Shown here piece by piece: positions 1 through 8,003 of a stretch of DNA of 32,000 bases (its first letter is position 1; every line of letters begins with the position of its first letter). The stretch is taken from positions 3,600,001 through 3,632,000 of the forward strand of contig NZ_CP080507.1 of assembly GCF_019464535.1 (NCBI RefSeq), written 5' to 3'. Made by a program: the position numbers and the translations under genes. The notes under the pieces were generated by a model that saw only the letters and a list, made by a program, of their open reading frames with translations, did no database searches and was not told the origin of the DNA. The DNA comes from Horticoccus luteus (GTDB lineage: Bacteria; Verrucomicrobiota; Verrucomicrobiia; Opitutales; Opitutaceae).

Positions 1-378
1 GCCATCAAGGAAGCCGTCGCCGCCAGCGACCGCCGCAAGGCCGAGAAAGCAGCGAAGGAAGCAAAGGACAAAGCCGACAAGGACGCGCGCGAACTCGCCC
101 TCCAGGCTCGCGACAAAGCTTTCGCCGAGCGCCGTAAATTCTCCGATCAGGTAGCGAAACTCAAAAGCGATATTGAGACGGAGAAGCGGGCGATCGAAAA
201 GATCCAGGACGACAAGAAGGACGCCGTCACTGAGGAGAATTTCCTGCGCGACTACGTGAAGAAAGCGGAAGTCCAAGTGAAGGAGTATCGCGCTGTCCTC
301 GACAAAATCGCCGCCGCCGACGCTGCCGCCGAAGCTGCCGCGCGCGCCGCCGCCCGTGCCCAGAAGGAAAAATCCTAA
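1..378 (+). CDS. C-terminal fragment of a charged (K/E/A/D-rich) coiled-coil protein; the 5' end lies outside the window
   Basis: Frame 1 is open from base 1 to TAA at 376-378 (manual translation AIKEAVAASDRRKAEKAAKEAKDKADKDAREL...AAARAAARAQKEKS). Its composition and heptad-like character match the next gene. It is absent from the ORF track only because no start codon lies in the window. Confidence 0.6.
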   Translation, partial: AIKEAVAASDRRKAEKAAKEAKDKADKDARELALQARDKAFAERRKFSDQVAKLKSDIETEKRAIEKIQDDKKDAVTEENFLRDYVKKAEVQVKEYRAVLDKIAAADAAAEAAARAAARAQKEKS

Positions 379-390
379 CCCGCATCTTCC

Positions 391-927
391 ATGAAAAAGT
401 GGTTCTACCTCATCGCCCCGGCCTGCATGCTGGTGGTCTTTATTTTCCTCTACCTCGGCTCGACCAAAAAAATTGCCGAACGCGATCGCCAGATCGCTGA
501 AAAGGCTCACGCGGCCAAAGTCGCGGAAGACCAACGCAAGGCCGAGATCGAAGAGAAGGCTCGTTTGGACGCTAAACGTCACGCCGAGGAGCGCGCGGCC
601 GAAGAAGCCAAGAAGGAAAAAGAGCGCGCCGAAAAATGGGCCGCGGTCGGCAAGGATATCCAAGACCAAACCGACGGCTACAATAAGGAAGCCGAAAATC
701 TCTCCAAGACGGTGGCCGAATTGCAACAGCAGCTCGTGCAGCTTCGGAAAAGCAAGGAAGCGGCCAACCTTGAATACTTGGCCGCCATCAAGCAGGTGGA
801 ACTCGCCCGCGTCGACAAGCGCACGGCAGAACTCGATATTCAGCGCATGACCGACATGATTGCCAAGCGCGCCGAACAGAGCGCCATGGCCAAGCCGCCC
901 GCGCCTCCTGCACCGGCGAAGTCCTGA
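391..927 (+). CDS. Membrane-anchored coiled-coil protein of unknown function (N-terminal transmembrane helix, long K/E/A/R-rich helix, Pro/Ala tail)
   Basis: ATG ORF of 178 aa. The N-terminus MKKWFYLIAPACMLVVFIFLYLG is a hydrophobic anchor. A charged helical region follows (AEKAHAAKVAEDQRKAEIEEKARLDAKRHAEERAAEEAKKEKERAEK) and the protein ends PPAPPAPAKS. A strong terminator follows. Confidence 0.8.
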   Translation: MKKWFYLIAPACMLVVFIFLYLGSTKKIAERDRQIAEKAHAAKVAEDQRKAEIEEKARLDAKRHAEERAAEEAKKEKERAEKWAAVGKDIQDQTDGYNKEAENLSKTVAELQQQLVQLRKSKEAANLEYLAAIKQVELARVDKRTAELDIQRMTDMIAKRAEQSAMAKPPAPPAPAKS

Positions 928-937
928 TCCGTTTCAA

Positions 938-965
938 ACCCCGCTGCCCAGCGGGGTTTTTTTTT
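938..965. terminator. Rho-independent terminator between convergent genes, probably bidirectional
   Basis: Perfect 9-bp stem ACCCCGCTG (938-946) / CAGCGGGGT (950-958) with a CCC loop, running into a 9-T tract (957-965). It lies 11 nt after the stop at 927 and 31 nt beyond the end of the minus-strand kinase gene (996). Confidence 0.8.
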
Positions 966-995
966 GGCCTTTTACTCAGGCCGAGCGGAGGCGGC

Positions 996-2309
996 CTATG
1001 CATCCGTCGGGGCAAACTCGCGGGCTTCGTGCACCATCGCCGCAAGCGCCGTCTCGATGCGCGCATACCAGCCCGCTGCAACCGCCGCAGAAGCCGCCGC
1101 CCCCAAGCAAGCCCGCTCCAGGCAATCCGTGGTGACTACGGGGACGCGCAACGCGTTCGCCGTGATTTGCAGCAGGAGCGGGCTGCGTGCGCCACCGCCT
1201 GTTGCAACCACCCGCCGCACCTTCTCGCGAACGACAGTTCGCACGAGTTCGGCATGACGGTTTGCGATCGCCTCCGCCATGCCACGCAGCGCCGACGCAT
1301 GCGGCCGGAGGTTTGCCCCCAAAATCACTCCGCTGTCGTCCTGCGCCGCGAGCAACGTTGCCAACGGCACCTCCGGGCAGTGCTGCTGTTGATACGCTTC
1401 CAACGGCCCCGCTCCGTCCGGATCAAAGGCCAGCCGGTAGAACCGGTCACCCGTGCCCGGTCCGCAATAGCATCCCGGCAGCGGCTCGACTCGATCGACC
1501 ATGGTTAACGCGGCGAGGACCGTCCCGGTCGAAATGCTCACGTCGGCCACCACCTCGATACCTGAGCCCAACGCCGCCATGTAGTGATCCAGCGCACCGA
1601 CCGCGAAGGGAAGACCAGCCCGCAACCCGACAAGCTCTTGTGCGGCGCTCCGCGTGACGAGGCCACCCGTGCCCGGAGCCAACGGCTGCGATAACACCTT
1701 CTCCTCAACCTCGAATGCCGCCAGCGCTTCCGGCCACCACCTTTTCGTTCCGAGATCATACAATCCCAGCAATGCCGCCGTGCTGCTGTCACCGACGCGT
1801 TCTCCGGTGAGCGCGCAGGTCAGATAATCGGAAATCGTCATCGCCCGCACCACGCGGCCCCACGTGGCTGGATGGTGCGTTTTCATCCAGCGCCATTTCG
1901 CGACCGCCATCTGCGCGTTGACGCCCGCCCATCCGATACGGCGGCGAAACTCCTCTGTCTGGCCGAACGCCGCCGCGTTTTCTGCCAATGGATCCCCCCG
2001 CGTGTCCGTCCAGAATATCAGCGGCGTCAGCGGCCGTTCTTGCGCGTCGAGAAGCACGAAAGTGTTCGCCTGCGACGAATACGAGACGCCTGCGATTTCG
2101 GCCGCCTCCGCGCCGGCCATCGCCAATGCTTCCCCCAGCGCCTTGCGCAACAATGCCCAGAATTCCTCCACCGGCAGTTCGCTCCAACCAGGCGCCGGTG
2201 CGCGTTTATCCACTCGCACCCGACCGAGCCCACGCATCGCCCCATCAGCCTCAAACAGCCCCACCTTGAAATACGAGGTGCCGAGATCGAGGCCTAGCAA
2301 CAGCGGCAT
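996..2309 (-). CDS. FGGY-family carbohydrate kinase (xylulokinase/glycerol-kinase-like); substrate unknown
   Basis: 437 aa. The N-terminus MPLLLGLDLGTSYFKVGLF is the FGGY/ASKHA phosphate-1 motif (DLGTS). The C-terminal half carries ATGGGARSPLLLQITANAL, typical of the FGGY C-domain. Confidence 0.9.
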   Translation of the reverse strand: MPLLLGLDLGTSYFKVGLFEADGAMRGLGRVRVDKRAPAPGWSELPVEEFWALLRKALGEALAMAGAEAAEIAGVSYSSQANTFVLLDAQERPLTPLIFWTDTRGDPLAENAAAFGQTEEFRRRIGWAGVNAQMAVAKWRWMKTHHPATWGRVVRAMTISDYLTCALTGERVGDSSTAALLGLYDLGTKRWWPEALAAFEVEEKVLSQPLAPGTGGLVTRSAAQELVGLRAGLPFAVGALDHYMAALGSGIEVVADVSISTGTVLAALTMVDRVEPLPGCYCGPGTGDRFYRLAFDPDGAGPLEAYQQQHCPEVPLATLLAAQDDSGVILGANLRPHASALRGMAEAIANRHAELVRTVVREKVRRVVATGGGARSPLLLQITANALRVPVVTTDCLERACLGAAASAAVAAGWYARIETALAAMVHEAREFAPTDA

Positions 2310-2321
2310 GGGGGCACCTTT

Positions 2322-3656
2322 TCAGCTCAATCGCGCCACCAACGCGGCTGTCGCCTCGACGAAACGCGCCCCATTCGAAGCCGCGAACACCGCGTTGAGT
2401 GATTCGTAATAGCCCTTCGCCACGGCTTCATCCGTCACGATATAGCCCTGCAACTCACCATTGGCGATCGTCACGAGAAACGTGTCGGCGGAGCGCGCTT
2501 TCACCGCGAGACCAAACTCCACGAAGAACTCGCCGGGCCACGCCACGTAGGTCCACCCATCCAGCCGGACCGCCTGGATTTCCGCCGGCGTGCAGGCCGC
2601 AATCGCCCCGGCCAGCTGGCCGTTCTCCGCCGCCAGCGCCAGTTCGGCCGTCTCTTCCGCCCCAAACACGTCGCATTCCGCCGTGCGCACGCTCTGCCGC
2701 GAGGCGCCTTCCTGTTGCAACCGCCGATAGCGCGCACGCACCCGTTCGACATTTTCTCGCGCCGCCGCGACTGACGGAAAAGTTCGCGCGATGAGGTCCA
2801 CGTGTGCTCGCGCATACCGCACGGACGCCAACGGCGCAAACTCCACCCCCTGCACTGCCGCCGCCACGCTTCGTCCCAGATTCTCGCCGAGTCGCTGCGC
2901 CTCCGCAAAGGTGTTGGCCTTCGTCATGTGGCGGGGACTCTGGTTGCCCGAGGCGCCATTGTGAAACAGCACCACGCAACGCTTCCCGAACACGTCCTCC
3001 TGCAGGAAGCGCCGGGTGAAAAACGGGAAATCTGCGCTAAAGAGCGTCGAGTCCTCGTGCAAGACCGTGGGATGCATTCCGTAAACCAACATGCACGCGA
3101 GCACCTCTTTCGTCTGCGCATCCCGCGCGATCAAGATCGGGACATCGGGATCCGTCGGACCTGCGGGATCGTGGCGGTTTGAGCCCACGCCCTCGGCTTG
3201 AGCCCGCGCGCGCCCCACTTCCGCCGGAACTGCGATCGACACCGCACGACACGCCGCATCCACGAGCCGGTCACCCAACCACGACAGGTAAGCTTGGTCA
3301 GCCTTCGGGACCACCGGATCGGCGGCATTGCCCACCTGATCTGCTGTCAACGGCCCGGAGTGCGTGTGCGTAGCAGAAATAAGTATCGCCCCTTCCTCCA
3401 CGCCCGTCGCCGCACTGATCCGCCGCCGCACGTCTTCCACCAGCGGACGCGGCACGAAAATGAGATCCGTGGCCAGGAACAACGCCGCCCGCCCGTCCGC
3501 CTGCAGAAACAACGCAGCGCATTCCAGCGGATCATGCACCCCCGTGCTCATCCGCGGCACATGCGGATAGCCGAAGAGAAACACCGGCTCGCGCGGTGTG
3601 ATATCGATCGTGACGGCGCCGGCAAACGATCCGGGCGTGGAACGCGTTAAGGTCAT
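2322..3656 (-). CDS. Neutral/alkaline ceramidase-like amidohydrolase (catalytic N-domain only, no signal peptide)
   Basis: 444 aa. DITPREPVFLFGY...GVHDPLECAALFL...ISATHTHSGP...HNGASGNQSPR resembles the Zn-binding catalytic domain of the neutral ceramidase family. It ends 12 nt upstream of the kinase start, so the two are probably co-transcribed. Confidence 0.75.
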   Translation of the reverse strand: MTLTRSTPGSFAGAVTIDITPREPVFLFGYPHVPRMSTGVHDPLECAALFLQADGRAALFLATDLIFVPRPLVEDVRRRISAATGVEEGAILISATHTHSGPLTADQVGNAADPVVPKADQAYLSWLGDRLVDAACRAVSIAVPAEVGRARAQAEGVGSNRHDPAGPTDPDVPILIARDAQTKEVLACMLVYGMHPTVLHEDSTLFSADFPFFTRRFLQEDVFGKRCVVLFHNGASGNQSPRHMTKANTFAEAQRLGENLGRSVAAAVQGVEFAPLASVRYARAHVDLIARTFPSVAAARENVERVRARYRRLQQEGASRQSVRTAECDVFGAEETAELALAAENGQLAGAIAACTPAEIQAVRLDGWTYVAWPGEFFVEFGLAVKARSADTFLVTIANGELQGYIVTDEAVAKGYYESLNAVFAASNGARFVEATAALVARLS

Positions 3657-3721
3657 GAGTCAAGGGCCGGGACTGAGGGCGCGACCAGCGTGAGCGCAGA
3701 CCCTGTCATGTAAATGTTGTT

Positions 3722-3742
3722 TTTTGTTCATATCTAACAAAA
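3722..3742. promoter_or_regulatory. Candidate operator palindrome in the divergent promoter region, abutting a TTGACA hexamer
   Basis: TTTTGTT (3722-3728), 7-nt spacer CATATCT, then AACAAAA (3736-3742): a perfect 7-bp inverted repeat. TTGACA follows at 3744-3749. This is the only conspicuously AT-rich stretch I saw in the window. It lies between the divergent genes at 3656 (-) and 3783 (+). Confidence 0.35.
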
Positions 3743-3782
3743 CTTGACATTTTGTAACACGACCCCGAACTCTCGCCTCCGC

Positions 3783-4565
3783 GTGAAGAACCTCCCCTCC
3801 GCTGCCCGCCAAGCACAGATCCGCGCCCGCTTTGCCGTGCAGCCTGGCATTTCGATTTCAGAACTGGCGCAGACCTTCGACGTGAGTGAGATGACCATCC
3901 GTCGCGACCTCGCGGCGCTGGAGGAGAAGTCCCACATTCAACGCACCCACGGCGGGGCGATGCTCACCGAGCGCATGATGCTCGAGTTCGACTACCGCGA
4001 CCGCCGCGCCCACAACCGCGCAGCCAAACGCGCCATTGCCGCCGAAGCCCGCAAACTCGTGCGCCCCGGCCAGCGCCTGCTTCTCGACACCGGCACCACC
4101 ACGCTGGAACTCGCCACGCTGCTCAAGGACGGCGAAGACCTCACGGTCATTACTCCCAGCCTCGCCGTTGCCTCCGAACTGCAACATTCTCCCGGCGTCT
4201 CGGTGATCCTTCTCGGCGGCATCATCCGCCGCAGCAGCCCCGACCTCACTGGCCCCGTCACCGAGCACAGCCTCGAGCTCTTCGCTGCCGACATCGCTTT
4301 TCAAGGCGCCGACGCCATCGGCCCCGATGGTTCGATTTACAACTCCGATGTCCGCCTCGCCAAGGTCGACCGCCTCATGCGCCGCCTGGCCGACCGCAGT
4401 TGCCTCCTTTCCGACCACTCCAAAATCGGTTCCACCGCCCTGGCGCGCAACGGCTCGCTCGCTGACGTGGACATTTTCATCACCGACACCGGCGCCCCGG
4501 CCCCAGCCTTGAAGCGCTTTTCTTCGTTAGGCGTTAAGATCGTAACCGTATCCCCCGTCCGCTGA
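3783..4565 (+). CDS. DeoR/GlpR-family transcriptional regulator
   Basis: The N-terminal HTH ISISELAQTFDVSEMTIRRDLAALEEK is the DeoR signature, followed by a DeoR C-terminal sugar-phosphate sensor domain (LLLDTGTTTLELA...AFQGADAIG). The ORF track opens at TTG 3744. I prefer GTG 3783 (260 aa, MKNLPSAARQ...) because 3744 sits inside the AT-rich promoter-like segment. The start is uncertain. Confidence 0.9.
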   Translation: MKNLPSAARQAQIRARFAVQPGISISELAQTFDVSEMTIRRDLAALEEKSHIQRTHGGAMLTERMMLEFDYRDRRAHNRAAKRAIAAEARKLVRPGQRLLLDTGTTTLELATLLKDGEDLTVITPSLAVASELQHSPGVSVILLGGIIRRSSPDLTGPVTEHSLELFAADIAFQGADAIGPDGSIYNSDVRLAKVDRLMRRLADRSCLLSDHSKIGSTALARNGSLADVDIFITDTGAPAPALKRFSSLGVKIVTVSPVR

Positions 4566-4569
4566 CCAC

Positions 4570-5574
4570 ATGAGCTCTGTTGCCCTCGACCCCTGCCCCG
4601 CCCTCGAAGATGGCCGGGACTATTTCGCCCCGCATCGTCCCCTTACCGTGCTCGGACCCAGCCGCTCCGACAACGCGAGCCCGAGTAACATCACGCGTTT
4701 CACGCCCGCTCGCGAAACACGGTTTCCGAGCACCGCCTCGCGCGCACCGGACCACGCCTTCTGGGCTGCCCCGGCTCACTCCGCCGCCTCCCTTCAATTC
4801 CTCGGGTGGGGCCTGCGCAATTTCTCCGAACACGCCCCCGCCGTCCGCCAGTCGGATGAATGGGTTTACGCCGTCATCGAATCAGGGGCGCCCACGCTCG
4901 TCATGAAGGGCCGCTCCGAACAGATCAGCGCGCCCGCTCTCGTCTTGATCGGTCCCGGCCGCCCCTTCACTTGGCGCGACGATCCGGCGCAAACCACCAA
5001 GATGCTCGAATGGCGCTGGCGCCGCCCGATTCATCCCGCGATCGCCCAAGCGCAAGCCGACGCCGTCAAACATTTCACCCTGGCCCCGTCCGAACTGGCG
5101 GAATTGCGCCAACTGCACGCCTTCACGCGCGCCGAAGTGCACCGCGGCGACTCATGCTCCGACACCGCGCTGATGGGCCTGCATGCGCTGCTCGAAGCCT
5201 TGGTCGTGCGCATCAGCGAGTGCAGCGCCTGCGATCCCCGCAAGGAGATCGTGGCCCGCGCCGTGCGCTGGATCGAAGCCCATCTCGCCACCCGCCAACC
5301 CCTCGCCCGGCTCGCTGATTTTCTCGGTGTTTCTCCGGCGACCGTGCGCCGCCTCTTCCGCGAGCAATTCGGCTCTACGGTCATGAAGACGATCGCCGAA
5401 CTGCGCCGTCGCGAAGCCGAGCGGATGCTCGCGGGCAAGGAAGTCACCGTGAAAGAGGTCGCCTACCACCTCGGCTACCGCCACCCGCATGACTTCAGCC
5501 GCGCGTTCCGTAAATACACGGGCAAACTACCCTCCCGTCTCGATGCCGCCTGCGCGACCTCGACCGGTGCTTAA
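4570..5574 (+). CDS. AraC/XylS-family transcriptional regulator
   Basis: The C-terminus has the double HTH (LARLADFLGVSPATVRRLFREQFG...VKEVAYHLGYRHPHDFSRAFRKYTGKLPS). The central region looks like a cupin-type ligand domain. The ATG lies 4 nt after the DeoR stop. The first ~95 aa are S/P/A-rich, so the true start could be further downstream. Confidence 0.85.
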   Translation: MSSVALDPCPALEDGRDYFAPHRPLTVLGPSRSDNASPSNITRFTPARETRFPSTASRAPDHAFWAAPAHSAASLQFLGWGLRNFSEHAPAVRQSDEWVYAVIESGAPTLVMKGRSEQISAPALVLIGPGRPFTWRDDPAQTTKMLEWRWRRPIHPAIAQAQADAVKHFTLAPSELAELRQLHAFTRAEVHRGDSCSDTALMGLHALLEALVVRISECSACDPRKEIVARAVRWIEAHLATRQPLARLADFLGVSPATVRRLFREQFGSTVMKTIAELRRREAERMLAGKEVTVKEVAYHLGYRHPHDFSRAFRKYTGKLPSRLDAACATSTGA

Positions 5575-5601
5575 CTTTTTAACATCCAGAATCGCTGAGT
5601 A

Positions 5602-6990
5602 ATGAAACCCACTGCGGATACCCTTCCTTCCACGTTAGACTGGGCACGCGTCGACCTCGACCGTGTGCCGCACCTGCCCGTGCCGCCGCCCGGACCGCTC
5701 TCCAAATCCTATCACGAGCGCTGCACTAAATATTTCAAAGGGCTCAGTGGCCAAGTGAAGCTCTTCCCCGTCGCCTTCGAACGCGGGCAAGGCTGCGTGC
5801 TCGAGGATGTCGACGGCAACCGCTATATCGATTTTTCCTCCGGCATCTACGTCACCACCCTCGGCCACTGTCATCCCAAGATCACGGAGGCGATCTCGGC
5901 CGCGGCTTCGCAGCTCATGAACGCCCACGATTTCACCACGCCGATCAAGATGCGGCTGATGGAGAAACTCGCCGAGGTGCTCCCCGGTGATCTCAACGGT
6001 TTTCAACTCTACGACTGCGGCACCGCCGCCGTGGAGGCCGGCATTCGCGTCCTGCGCGCCGCCACCGGCAAACACGAAACCGTGAGTTGCTTCGGCGACT
6101 TCCACGGCAAGACCTACGGCGCCGTTTCCCTCGGCCAAATCCGCTCTCATGTTTACGGCGCAGTCCGCGCGCCCGGTGCCCACATGGTCCCGCGCCCCGA
6201 TCCCTATCGGCCGATCTGGACGAAAACCGATGGCACCATCGATACCGATCAATATATCGCGTTCTACGATCAGTATCTCGAGCGCGCCACCGTCGGCTCC
6301 GTCGCCGGTCTGGTGCTCGAACCCATCCAGGGCTGGGGCGGCTCGATCATTCCTCCCGACGACTTTTTTCCGAAGATCCGGAAGTTTTGCGACGATCGCA
6401 AAATCCTCCTCATGGCCGACGAGGTGCTCACCAGTTGGGGCCGCACCGGCAAATGGCTTTGCCTGGAGCACTGGGGCGTCATTCCCGACGTCGTCACCCT
6501 CGGCAAAGGCTTTGGCAACGGCTTTCCCGTCACCTGCGTGGCGGTCCGCGAATGCTATAAAGAGAGCTTCGAGACCATCTCCGCCTCGAGCAGCTACGGT
6601 GGCAATCCCATGGCGTGCGCCGCGGCCCTCGCCGCCACCGAGGTCATCGAAGACGAAGGCCTCCTCGCCCACGCGGAGCACCTCGGTGCGGTCGCTTTGC
6701 GGCGCATGCAACGTATGCAGGCGGAGCACAAAATCATCGGCGATGTCCGCGCCAAGGGCTGCCTCATGGGCATTGAACTCGTCAAGGATCGGGCCGCGAA
6801 AACGCCGTTCGATCGCGCCGGCACGATGGTTTACCAAAAAGCCTTCCGCAAAGGCCTCGCGTGGATCCCGGCCGGCCACATTCTGCGCATGAGCCCGCCG
6901 ATCGTTATGGATGAGGACACTCTCCTCAAAGGCCTCGACATGATCGACGAAGCCATCGGCGAAACAGCCCGCGAACTCGGGTTCGCCTGA
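5602..6990 (+). CDS. Class-III (ornithine/GABA-type) PLP-dependent aminotransferase
   Basis: 462 aa. Motifs: SSGIYVTTLGHCHPKI, LLMADEVLTSWGRTGKW (the D-E-V PLP-ring-binding region) and TLGKGFGNGFP (Schiff-base lysine). Confidence 0.92.
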   Translation: MKPTADTLPSTLDWARVDLDRVPHLPVPPPGPLSKSYHERCTKYFKGLSGQVKLFPVAFERGQGCVLEDVDGNRYIDFSSGIYVTTLGHCHPKITEAISAAASQLMNAHDFTTPIKMRLMEKLAEVLPGDLNGFQLYDCGTAAVEAGIRVLRAATGKHETVSCFGDFHGKTYGAVSLGQIRSHVYGAVRAPGAHMVPRPDPYRPIWTKTDGTIDTDQYIAFYDQYLERATVGSVAGLVLEPIQGWGGSIIPPDDFFPKIRKFCDDRKILLMADEVLTSWGRTGKWLCLEHWGVIPDVVTLGKGFGNGFPVTCVAVRECYKESFETISASSSYGGNPMACAAALAATEVIEDEGLLAHAEHLGAVALRRMQRMQAEHKIIGDVRAKGCLMGIELVKDRAAKTPFDRAGTMVYQKAFRKGLAWIPAGHILRMSPPIVMDEDTLLKGLDMIDEAIGETARELGFA

Positions 6991-7114
6991 CGCTCGTTCT
7001 CCCCGCCGTTTTGCTCCTCCACCGCAGCTCGCGCCACGGAGGAGCCACGACCCGCCGTCGGAGAATCCGCCGCGGCCGACCGTTCACCCTCCCGCCTTCT
7101 CTTCACTGCTTCCC

Positions 7115-7948
7115 GTGACCTCCTATCGCCTTAACCGCCTCTTCAATCCGAAATCCCGCCGCTGCTTCGACGTCGCGATCGACCACGGCTTCTTCAACGA
7201 AGCCGCCTTCCTCGGCGGCATTGAAGACATTGATCGCGCCGTCTCCGTCATCGTCGAAGCGGCGCCCGACGCCGTGCAACTCACCGTCGGCCAGGCCCGC
7301 CACCTCCAAAAGCACCCCGGCCGTTTCAAGCCCTCCCTCGTCCTGCGCGTCGACGTTGCCAACGTCTACGGCAAGACGCTGCCACGCAAACCCTACAGCC
7401 TCATGATCGAGGACGCCGTGGAGCAAGCCGTCCGCCTCGACGCCGCCTGCCTGTGCGTCAACCTCTTTCAAATTCCCAATGAACCCGAGGTGGGCGAGGA
7501 ATGCGTGCGAAACATTCTCCGCCTGAAACCCGCCTGCGAGCGCTACGGCATGCCCATGATGGTTGAGCCGTTGGTCTTCCAACCCAACGCCACCCACGGC
7601 GGTTATATGGTCGACGGTGATGAGAAGAAAATCATCCCCTTGGTTCGCCAGGCGGCGGAACTCGGCGCCGATCTCATCAAGGCCGATCCGACCGACGACG
7701 TGACGCTCTACCACCGCGTCATTGAGGCCGCGAGCGGCCTCCCTGTGCTTGTGCGCGGCGGCGGCAAAGTCAGCGATCGCGTCATCCTCGAACGCACCGC
7801 CGCCCTGCTCGCGCAAGGTGCCTCCGGCATCGTGTATGGTCGCAACATCATTCAGCATCCGCACCCGGCCGCGATCACCAAAGCCCTCATGGGCATGGTG
7901 CACGACAACCTCAGCGTCGACGCCGCGCTCGCGCTCGTCACCCGCTGA
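7115..7948 (+). CDS. Class I aldolase of the DeoC/LacD/DhnA (FbaB, LsrF-like) family
   Basis: 277 aa with a GTG start. LNRLFNPKSRRCFDVAIDHG...LRVDV...DLIKADPTDD...LVRGGGK...GIVYGRNI matches the TIM-barrel Schiff-base aldolase pattern of DhnA/LsrF-type enzymes. Confidence 0.85.
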   Translation: MTSYRLNRLFNPKSRRCFDVAIDHGFFNEAAFLGGIEDIDRAVSVIVEAAPDAVQLTVGQARHLQKHPGRFKPSLVLRVDVANVYGKTLPRKPYSLMIEDAVEQAVRLDAACLCVNLFQIPNEPEVGEECVRNILRLKPACERYGMPMMVEPLVFQPNATHGGYMVDGDEKKIIPLVRQAAELGADLIKADPTDDVTLYHRVIEAASGLPVLVRGGGKVSDRVILERTAALLAQGASGIVYGRNIIQHPHPAAITKALMGMVHDNLSVDAALALVTR

Positions 7949-8003
7949 CCACAGCACTCGGCCACCTCCTCTTTACCTCCGAATCTCACCCTCCCTATTC
8001 TCT

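Noticed and set aside
895-924. A Pro/Ala repeat (PPAPPAPAKS) lies at the C-terminus of the coiled-coil protein, and GCC/GCG-rich tracts occur throughout. I considered these as possible tandem repeats.
   Set aside because: These are short low-complexity coding segments typical of GC-rich genomes. They have no repeat-unit regularity at the DNA level beyond codon bias.
7014-7044. A hairpin CTCCTCC-N17-GGAGGAG lies after the aminotransferase gene.
   Set aside because: It has only a 7-bp stem, a large 17-nt loop and no T-tract, and it lies inside a 124-bp gap within an apparent operon. The evidence is too weak to call a terminator.
996-7948. I considered an AI-2 (lsr) processing system, because an FGGY kinase (LsrK-like) and a DhnA-family aldolase/thiolase (LsrF-like) are both present.
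   Set aside because: There is no LsrG-like isomerase, no LsrACDB ABC transporter and no SorC-type LsrR. The regulators here are DeoR and AraC, and the cluster also has an aminotransferase, a NagB-like enzyme and an amidase that do not fit lsr. Family-level resemblance alone is insufficient.
7722-8003. The ORF track shows 5' extensions of real genes. Affected ORFs: 7722-8951, 11309-12556, 13105-16371, 16372-17238, 17072-18010, 19047-20681, 20678-23026, 24312-25607 and 26706-27941.
   Set aside because: The extensions overlap the preceding gene in another frame or run through intergenic DNA, and they translate to R/P/S/A-rich low-complexity sequence. In each case an internal start gives a family-typical N-terminus or a clean signal peptide.
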